Position numbers and translations under genes: made by a program. Shown in pieces: positions 50,874 through 58,443 of a DNA stretch of 58,443 nucleotides. The stretch comes from a bacterium (GTDB lineage: Bacteria; Verrucomicrobiota; Kiritimatiellia; SPBP01), in assembly GCA_037135275.1 (NCBI GenBank), contig JBAXKQ010000003.1, positions 1 through 58,443 of the forward strand. Reading direction: 5' to 3'. The notes below the pieces were generated by a model. The model made no database searches. It saw only the letters and a program-made list of their open reading frames with translations, and was not told where the DNA came from. The first letter of the stretch is position 1. Every line of letters starts with the position of its first letter.

Positions 50874-51908
50874 CTAGTGTCTCTTCTTCGCCTGCCCCAT
50901 CAGTGTGATCTCGTCACGGTCGTGGTAGAGCTGGCGCATCAGGAAACGTTCGCTGAGCTCCTGCACCGGCCCGTGCGGATCCTGAAGGCTGTCGAGCTGC
51001 GCGGCTGCGTTGCATCGGCCCAGCTTCAGGTTGACGATATAGAAGCGGCACCATCGTTCCGTCAGCCATCGCTCCACTATGCCAAGCACCCGCTCCGGCC
51101 TGTCGATGAGGTCGCAGAAGAGCCAGTCAAAGGTCGAGCCCGGACGCGGGGTGAAGGTATAGGCATCGGCGGCAAGGTGCCTGATGTTCGGATGGCATGC
51201 GGCATCGCCCTTCAGCGGCCCGTTGTCCACCGCCGTGACAGCCGCGCCAAGCCTCGCGGCGCCCAGGCTCCACCCTCCCGGGGCGGCGCCGAGATCGGCA
51301 ACAGATTCGCGCGGGCCAGGACCGCGGCCGTAGACGCGCATTGCCTCCTCGATCTTGAGGAATGACCGCGACGGCGCGCCAGGCACATCGCGCATCCGTG
51401 CCTGGCCCCCATAGTATGCGGTCGTGGCGACATGCCATGCGTCGCCATCCCAGTGGGCAAAGAACCCGTCGTGCACGCCCCACCCCAGCCCTGCCTCGTC
51501 CACCGCAAGCTTGGCCACGCGCGACATGCGCTCGCGCAGCATCTCACGCCAGAGCTTCTTCACCCCGGCCAGGGGACCTTCACGCCCCTGGACCGGCGGC
51601 GGAATGAACACCGCCGGCCAGGATCGACTGAACTCCCTGCCTTGCGCCCACTTTCCGAATATCTCAAAAAGAGTCCTGGCATTGGCATGAACCGACCCGC
51701 CAGGCACCACGGCGCGGCGCTCAAGCGCCCAAACCGGAAAACACCAGTCCGCGGCACGCGACAGCCGCCCCCCTGTCGGCTCAGCCACGACAAACCCGGG
51801 CCCGGCGTCAACCACGGCAAGGCCGGTCCGCGCAAGCTCGTGGCTGCACGTGTCCTGAAAGCCGGGCTTGCAGAGAAAGAGCGATGTCACGGCAGAGGTG
51901 TTGTTCAT
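50874..51908 (-). CDS. rlmM: RlmM-like (FtsJ-fold) rRNA 2'-O-methyltransferase
   Basis: APSRSFLKIEEA, DLGAAPGGWS, VTAVDNGP, DWLFCD, NLKL, QLYHDRDEIT motifs. Confidence 0.8.
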   Translation of the reverse strand: MNNTSAVTSLFLCKPGFQDTCSHELARTGLAVVDAGPGFVVAEPTGGRLSRAADWCFPVWALERRAVVPGGSVHANARTLFEIFGKWAQGREFSRSWPAVFIPPPVQGREGPLAGVKKLWREMLRERMSRVAKLAVDEAGLGWGVHDGFFAHWDGDAWHVATTAYYGGQARMRDVPGAPSRSFLKIEEAMRVYGRGPGPRESVADLGAAPGGWSLGAARLGAAVTAVDNGPLKGDAACHPNIRHLAADAYTFTPRPGSTFDWLFCDLIDRPERVLGIVERWLTERWCRFYIVNLKLGRCNAAAQLDSLQDPHGPVQELSERFLMRQLYHDRDEITLMGQAKKRH

Positions 51909-51914
51909 GGTCTG

Positions 51915-51949
51915 TAGCCAGTAGTCAATTATCCGTAGTCAGTTGCCGG
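51915..51949. repeat. Five degenerate 7-bp tandem repeats
   Basis: tagccag tagtcaa ttatccg tagtcag ttgccgg, immediately upstream of the rlmM-like start. Confidence 0.4.
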
Positions 51950-52223
51950 CAGCAACGCCTGTTGCCCGCAGTCCGGAAAGCCGCCATTCGACCGCAGCCT
52001 TCTCACCGCCTGTTCAGGTCGTGGAACCAGTCGACTCAAAGTATCTACAACCAGCCTGAATGGCAAGTCGCCTGTCAGGCAACGAACCCGCAGGAACTCC
52101 CCCAAAGGTATCTTCCCCCGGTTGTGCCACCCACTGATGGAGAGATTGATCTGGCCTCCGGCAATGCCATGACCACAGCGGCCGGTATTGACGGAAGGGC
52201 AGCGTCGGCCCTATTGTCGAGGA

Positions 52224-53153
52224 ATGACGATGGCGACACGGCAGCTCAAAATCACAGCGGCAAATGCAGGACGGGTGGATTGTGCCGTCAGGGATGCAAC
52301 CGGCCGGTCACGGGCTGAAGTACGCGGACTCATTCAGCATGACTGCGTGAAAGTAAACGGAACAACTTGCGCCTCGGATTTCGACCGGGTGGCGGTCGGC
52401 GACGTCGTGACCGTCACATACGACCGGAACCGCACCTACCCGGAAAAGCACCGCCAGAAAGACAATAAGCCCTTCAGCGTCCTGTTCGAGGACGAGCATC
52501 TCCTGGTCGTGGACAAGGCGGCGCACCTTTTGACCGTGCCAACTCCCGCCCGCGAGAAGGATACCCTGGTACACCATCTGCAGGCACACGTCAGCCGCGG
52601 GCGCAAACACCTGGCCAGGCTGGCCATCGTTCACCGTCTCGACCGCGGCGTGTCGGGAGCGCTCGTGTTCGCAAAAACAGAAGCCGTGGGCGAACTGCTG
52701 CGCCAACAGTTCGCGGCCGCCAGACCCGAGCGACACTACGTTGCTCTCGTGGCCGGCTGCATGCCCTCCGACCACGGGGTCTTCAACAAGAACCTTGTTG
52801 TCGATAAACGCGTCATACACAGGCGATGTGCATCCGCGCCCGGCGAGGGCGAACGGGCCGTAACACACTACGTCGTGGAAAAGCGGATGCCTGGCTTCAC
52901 CCGTGTGCGCGTACGCCTTGAAACCGGGCGGCGCAACCAGATCAGGGTCCACTTCGCCGACGCCGGGCACCCCGTGCTGGGAGATCCCCGATACGGCGAA
53001 GGCAAGGCAAAGCACCGGCTCTGGCCGTACCAGAGGATGGCGCTTCATGCCGCCTCGCTTGCATTCACCCACCCTGTCACTGGCAGCGCGTTGCGGTTTG
53101 AAGCGCCGGAGCCGGAGGAATTCGCTATCGCGGAGCGGAACCACACTGCCTGA
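52224..53153 (+). CDS. RluA/RluD-family pseudouridine synthase with S4 domain
   Basis: S4-like N-terminus, FEDEHLLVVDK, VHRLDRGVSG, LETGRRNQIRVH, LGDPRYG, ALHA motifs. Start is 52224 or 52230. Confidence 0.93.
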   Translation: MTMATRQLKITAANAGRVDCAVRDATGRSRAEVRGLIQHDCVKVNGTTCASDFDRVAVGDVVTVTYDRNRTYPEKHRQKDNKPFSVLFEDEHLLVVDKAAHLLTVPTPAREKDTLVHHLQAHVSRGRKHLARLAIVHRLDRGVSGALVFAKTEAVGELLRQQFAAARPERHYVALVAGCMPSDHGVFNKNLVVDKRVIHRRCASAPGEGERAVTHYVVEKRMPGFTRVRVRLETGRRNQIRVHFADAGHPVLGDPRYGEGKAKHRLWPYQRMALHAASLAFTHPVTGSALRFEAPEPEEFAIAERNHTA

Positions 53154-53361
53154 ACAGCGTGCCATCGCTGCAATCTTCTCAACAGCCACCCAACTGAACC
53201 GGGACGCCCACCGCCGCTACAACATTCTCGCGCAACAACAATCCAACGAAATACCCTTGCGGTCGAACGCTACAATTGATACCTCTCGCGTGATGACACG
53301 GTTTGGTTCGAGGATGGCAATGACCCGAGCTGTCTGTCTCCGTGGAATAGGAAGGACGAAC

Positions 53362-54093
53362 ATGAATAGATTCCTTTCAGGCATGTGCGTGGCCGGACTT
53401 GTCGCCGCCGCCCAACTCTTCAATGGACAGACCGCAGTGGCTGCCGAGAAGGCTGCCACCATAGACATTCCCCCGGCCCGCCAGGCGAAAACGCCGGGCG
53501 GCAGCACAAACACGGTCAACCGCACCACCAACAGTGTCCTCAGCCGCGTCCACACCAGGATTGAAAAGGACTCGGAACAGGAATTCCTGAACCTGGTCAA
53601 CGGCCGCAGGAACGCGATGGAGGAAGTCAGGGTCATCAAGCGGCTTATTCGTGAAAAGCAAACCGCCATCGACAAGACCTACGCCGCCCTTGCTGCCGAC
53701 TACGCTATTAGCAGGGATCGTAACTACCGCTACGACGACAAGACGCGAACCATCACCGACATCACCGGCGAACAGCAGACTACCAACGGCACGGCAAAGG
53801 CAAGGACCAGGGCTGAGTCTGACGACAGGAAACGGGTGCACATGGTCCTGAACAGCAAGGAGAAGGCGGCAAGGTTTGTCAACCTGAGCAGCTCCAAACA
53901 ACTGGACTCGATTGTTCTTCAGGCGCTGACTGTGCTGGATCGTGAAAAGACCGGCGACATGACCCGCTACAACAATGAACTCCTCGACAAGTTCGGCATG
54001 TCACGGGACCGTAGCTATGAGTATGACTCAAAGACCGGCACACTGTATGAGCTGATACCCGTGCCGGTGTCCGGAAAGAGCACAAGCCGGTAG
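53362..54093 (+). CDS. Exported hypothetical protein made of two ~73-aa internal repeats
   Basis: GGAAGGA RBS and signal peptide ending ...TAVAA. Two copies of RVH...FxNL...LxREK...SRDRxYxYDxKTxT. Confidence 0.8.
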   Translation: MNRFLSGMCVAGLVAAAQLFNGQTAVAAEKAATIDIPPARQAKTPGGSTNTVNRTTNSVLSRVHTRIEKDSEQEFLNLVNGRRNAMEEVRVIKRLIREKQTAIDKTYAALAADYAISRDRNYRYDDKTRTITDITGEQQTTNGTAKARTRAESDDRKRVHMVLNSKEKAARFVNLSSSKQLDSIVLQALTVLDREKTGDMTRYNNELLDKFGMSRDRSYEYDSKTGTLYELIPVPVSGKSTSR

Positions 54094-54171
54094 CACCACC
54101 TCCCCCTTTCTTGCATCACCAGGGGCAGGCTGCCGGTACGTTCAGGGGTGGTTTCCAGGGGCGACACTCGG

Positions 54172-55968
54172 ATGAGTAACAGGAAGCGTTTGTTATTGTT
54201 TGCCGTACTGTCTTGTTGTTTCGTGTTGTTGGCTGCGTCTGGCCCGGCACTATGCCAGGATCCGGCCGGGGCTTCCGCCCCCGCCCCGCAGCCCGGACCG
54301 CCCGACACCCCGGATCCCGACCGGTTCCTGATCAGCACCGTGGACTTCCGCGGAGACGTGGAGTGGCTCAACCGCATGCGTATGCAGGACGCCATCAGGT
54401 CTGAAATAGCCGGCAAGACACTTACTGAGCAGGATATCCTGGACATTGTTACCAGGCACCAGGATCTTTGCACGAAAGCCGGCTACTACCTGGCACGGCT
54501 CAAGATCGTCCCGGCAGACCTCCGTCCAGGCGTACTGACAATCGAGGTCGACAAGGGGCGTGTCGGCAGGATGAGCTTCTTCGACGGCAACGGCCCACGC
54601 GGCGCCGATGGCAACGGCCGTGTACCGTTCGCTGGAACGTACTACAGCGAAGCCCAGCTCCGCCGCCAACTGCGCCTCATGAAGGAGGAGGACACCTTCA
54701 ACTATGAGGAGTTCTACCGGACGGTCTTCGCGCTCAACGCGCATCCGGATATCAAGATGGACACCAACCTCAGTCTGCGGAAGGACGCCTCATCCGGATC
54801 GGAACGGCGGTATGCCGACATGGAGTTCTTCGTCCGCGAGGGAACGCCAGTCCACGGCGTTGCCGAAGTGAAGAATACGGGAACCGAAAGCACCGAGGAA
54901 TGGCGTACGTCGCTTACCTTCCAACACCTCAATCTCACCAGGCATAACGACATACTCACGTTCAACACCCTTTCATCCCTTGACCTGAGCTCGCTGTTGT
55001 CCTTTGCCGCAAGCTACAACCTCCCGTTCAACACCGGCAACGGCGGTTCGTTCACGATCTATGGCGGGTACTCCGATGTGACGGCCGAGGAAGTGGTCCC
55101 AGAGATAGACCTGATCGGCATCGGTTGGTTCGCATGCATCCAGGCATCCTACAACCTGCAGGCAAACAAAAGGCGCCTGTTGTCGGTCGCGGTTAGCGCA
55201 ACCTACAAGGGGGTCGAGAACAAGCTCTCCTTCAACAACAAGTGCGACACCGGCAACACCGTGGAACAAACCGACCAGGTAACGCTGATCCCCATGGCGG
55301 CGGCACTGAGCTATTCCTCCGTCAAGCCGGACTGCCTGGGCGGCCGCAACTTCCTGGCCAGCCAGACCGCTTTCAGCGTCGGCGGTTCCGACAGCGATGA
55401 ACTCGCCGCCCAACGGGTCAATGCAAAGGCAGACTACATGATTGAACGGCTCCAACTCGCCAGGCTCCAGCCTCTCTTCGGCCGCACAGGAAAGGACGGC
55501 GCACGGAGCGGCGAGTGGATCCTGTTCCTCAAGGCGGACGGCCAGCTCGCGAACGCACCGCTGGTGCCGGCTGAACAGAAGGCTGTCGGCGGCATGGACT
55601 CGGCCCGCGGCTACCAGGAACGCGAGTGCCTCGGCGACGACGGTGTCTCGGGGACAATCGAGCTGCGCACACCACTGGCCGGATCGCCATTTGCACGCCT
55701 GTTCAACACCACCGGCAAAGGCGATACACCAGCCGAGGGAGCAGCCCGCATACAGTTCGTGGCATTCGTGGACGGCGGTTACGTCAGCCTAAAGGAGCCA
55801 GTGGTCGGCATCGATTCATCCCAGTCCCTGCTGGGCGTCGGCGCTGGCCTGCGCGTCGCGGCCATAAGCCATTTACAGCTCAGGTTCGACTGGGGCTTCC
55901 CGTTTATTGAAACCACCACATCGGAATCATCCGGCCGTGGACACTTGAGCATCCAGGGGCAATTCTAG
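54172..55968 (+). CDS. TpsB / ShlB-FhaC-HecB family two-partner secretion pore
   Basis: Signal peptide, POTRA-like segment (GYYLAR...GVLTIEV), NTGT, GGMDSARGY (VRGY-like), ELRTP, GVGAGLR, C-terminal Phe. Directly upstream of a TpsA. Confidence 0.9.
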   Translation: MSNRKRLLLFAVLSCCFVLLAASGPALCQDPAGASAPAPQPGPPDTPDPDRFLISTVDFRGDVEWLNRMRMQDAIRSEIAGKTLTEQDILDIVTRHQDLCTKAGYYLARLKIVPADLRPGVLTIEVDKGRVGRMSFFDGNGPRGADGNGRVPFAGTYYSEAQLRRQLRLMKEEDTFNYEEFYRTVFALNAHPDIKMDTNLSLRKDASSGSERRYADMEFFVREGTPVHGVAEVKNTGTESTEEWRTSLTFQHLNLTRHNDILTFNTLSSLDLSSLLSFAASYNLPFNTGNGGSFTIYGGYSDVTAEEVVPEIDLIGIGWFACIQASYNLQANKRRLLSVAVSATYKGVENKLSFNNKCDTGNTVEQTDQVTLIPMAAALSYSSVKPDCLGGRNFLASQTAFSVGGSDSDELAAQRVNAKADYMIERLQLARLQPLFGRTGKDGARSGEWILFLKADGQLANAPLVPAEQKAVGGMDSARGYQERECLGDDGVSGTIELRTPLAGSPFARLFNTTGKGDTPAEGAARIQFVAFVDGGYVSLKEPVVGIDSSQSLLGVGAGLRVAAISHLQLRFDWGFPFIETTTSESSGRGHLSIQGQF

Positions 55969-56054
55969 GAGACGTTCAACAGCCGCAACAGACAATTGAA
56001 GAGCATCATGGAATCACGGAAGCGCGTTCAGTACATCCACCGAAAGCATATTAC

Positions 56055-58443
56055 ATGATCTTCACACAACGATTGACCCGGCGCAGCAGGACCGTCGCGC
56101 TGATAGCCGCAGCGCATGTCATGTTCTGCCATGCAACCCCGCTCCTCGCCCTGCCAAAGGGCGAAACAGTCGCCAACGGCGAGGTCGCCTTCACACGCGA
56201 GGGCGACACCATGACCGTCCTGCAGACCTCCCAAAATGCCATAGTCAACTACGATAGCTTCAGCATCGGCTCCCCCGAAAGCGTCCAGTTCATCCAGCCC
56301 GACTCCTCGGCCGCCATCCTGAACCGCGTTACCGGCAGCGAGAGCAGCGTTCTGGCCGGTGTGCTCATGGCCAATGGCAATGTCTACCTCATAAACCCCA
56401 ACGGTATTCTCTTCACCCCGTCGGCGAGGATAAGCGTCGCTTCCCTCTTCGCATCGGCACTGGACATAACCGACGAGGATTTCGCGGCCGGCAGGATGCT
56501 CTTCACCGGCCAGGGTTCCGGTTCAGTCGTGAACCAGGGCGAAATCACGGCCGAAGACCGCGCATGCCTCTTCGGAAGCGTCGTGGATAACTCCGGCACC
56601 ATCCGGGCCGGCACTGTCATGATGGCCGCCGCAGCCGGATCCATCGAGATCGACAATGCGGCCGGCGGCGCGATCAGGCTGCTCGTGGATGGCAGGTGCC
56701 TGGACAAGGCGCCAGCCCCGGAGAGCGATGCGGGTGAGGACACGCCTCCCGTCGGCACAACCCCCGAAACACCGCCCACAGACCAGCCCGATAGCACCGG
56801 TCAGACCGCCACACCAGATCAGGCCGTCCAGCCGCCCACATCGGATGCCGGCATGGTCATCAACCAGGGTACAGTCTCGGTTTCCGGCAATGTCGGCGGC
56901 TCAGTAGCGATGAGCGGCACCCGCGTCGGCCAGTTCGGAGTGGTAAACGCCGACGGAACCGCAGGCACAGGCGGCACGGTCACAATCACCGCATCCGACA
57001 CCGTCGCCCTCGGCGATGACAGCGTCACCACCGCCAACGCCGGAACCGATGGCAATGGCGGCACCGTGATCGTCTATTCCCCGGGATCCGCCCTGTTCCG
57101 CAGGGGCGCCGTAATCGAGGCAAGGGCGGCCAAGGCTCCGGCAACGGCGGATTTGTCGAAGTCTCCGGTCGCACACACGTGGAAATCTTCGGAACTGTCA
57201 ACGCATCATCAGAAAACAGCCAGTCCGGAACATTCCTAATAGACCCATCAGACGTAACCCTTGCCAATTCACCACCCGGCGACGGCGAATGGATCCCAGG
57301 CGGCGGCCCGCCATACTCACAGTTCAACCCCGAAACCGATAGCGCCGTCGCCAACATCGGCACATTGCTGGCAAGCCTGCAGAATAATAACGTTATTGTG
57401 ACAACCCTGAATGGAGCCGGAACGCAGCAAGGCAATATCACCGTGTCTGATATCATAGACCTTAACAACACCGGTGGTCATCAACTCAGCCTTCAGGCTG
57501 ACAACAATATTCTCATTAACGCTGACATAGCGGACCTCACCCCAGGCACCGCCGACGCCACATTCATCAGCCTTCAAGCCGACAATGACGTAACCGTCAA
57601 CGCAATGATCGACAGTGGTGGTGGCATGGTCAGCATCAACGCCTCCGGCAATGTAGTCCTGAACGATCTCATTTTAACCGATGGTGGCAGTTTTGTTTCG
57701 ATTGGCGTCGATTTCACAACCACTGCAGGGGCAACGATCACGACCGGCGGTGGCGATGTGAACATGATGGGCCACTCCGGCGTCATCAGCGTTAACGATA
57801 CAATCAATGCCGGCACCGGCCAGATCCGGATCTACGGCAGTTCCATCGCGCTGAGCCACCACATCAATCCGGTGGTTCTCCAGGGCGGGGCCATCCTGCT
57901 CAGGACACGCGATATAGCCATCGACGGCGATGTCATCGGCTCCTCCGTCAACATCGTTGACGCCAGCGGCGTCGGTATCGGTCTGGGCGATACCGCTGTT
58001 GCCGGCGGAATGAATATTGCCGGGACGGAACTTCAGCGCGTTACCACCCCATCCCTCGAACTGGACACTGCTGGAAGGATTGTCGTCGATAACATCACCA
58101 CCCTGAACAGCCAGAACGCGGACGTCGTTACGCTGGATGCTGGCGGGGCCGTGTCCTTCGTGAACAACGCATCGACATTCCAGGCGCTCGTCGTCCAAGC
58201 CGACAACGGCATCGCCGCCAGCGCCGGCATAGCAACCGCCGACGACGACCTCCGGCTCGACGGCGATGCGGACAACGCAGCCGACGGCGCCGACAACATA
58301 CTCTTCGCCAATGGCGTTGTCCTCACCTCGGCGGGCGGTATTGTTCTCGATGCCACAACGGGCGATATGACCGCCGCCGGCACACTCACACTGGTTGCCG
58401 ACAACGGCGTGTCTGTCAATGACAGCCTCTCCGGCCCACCGGC
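56055..58443 (+). pseudogene. TpsA filamentous haemagglutinin-like exoprotein, frameshifted near 57123; downstream frame open to window end
   Basis: Signal peptide and TPS domain (LPKG, IVNYDSFSIG, LNRVTG, NGNVYLINPNGILF). The annotated frame ends at 57239. The -1 frame from 57125 reads GGQGSGNGGFVEVSG...GTFLIDP and continues as beta-helix-type sequence with no stop to 58443. The lesion could be a sequencing error. Confidence 0.85.

Noticed and set aside
52903-53361. N-terminal 153 codons of the 396-aa ORF 52903-54093
   Set aside because: They overlap the pseudouridine synthase. A good RBS and signal peptide begin at 53362.

Overview
GC-rich (about 60% by eye) bacterial chromosomal window. 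Protein style suggests a diderm PVC-group organism such as Kiritimatiellae/Lentisphaerae; this is an inference, not a database result. (1) About 0.1-29.8 kb is a cell-surface glycan locus: eight glycosyltransferase genes, a SAM methyltransferase, a polysaccharide pyruvyltransferase, Wzm/Wzt ABC export, rmlD-B-A-C, sat-cysC and a TraF_2-like outer-membrane barrel. Three secreted proteins are interleaved with it, each carrying the same Trp-rich FG-GAP/VCBS repeat in exact multiples of six (12, 6, 6); one is a 1516-aa multidomain thermolysin-family protease. (2) typA, a eukaryote-type ugd and a nitroreductase follow. (3) A minus-strand run of carbohydrate-related genes: TIGR03790-CBM9 fusion, alpha/beta hydrolase, GH116 with an inserted domain, a GT4 relic, Gfo/Idh/MocA, GH1, a Tat-exported aldo-keto reductase and a DUF4432 epimerase. 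(4) A thioesterase, an AI-2E transporter, ettA, an RlmM-like and a RluA-family gene. (5) A two-partner secretion locus: an unknown internally duplicated exported protein, TpsB, and a TpsA adhesin split by a single-base frameshift near 57123 that stays open to the window end. The best candidate for an undescribed system is the pairing of a six-repeat propeller module with the decorated rhamnose-containing glycan locus, as a possible surface-anchoring or S-layer-like system. No rRNA, tRNA, CRISPR or mobile element was recognised.
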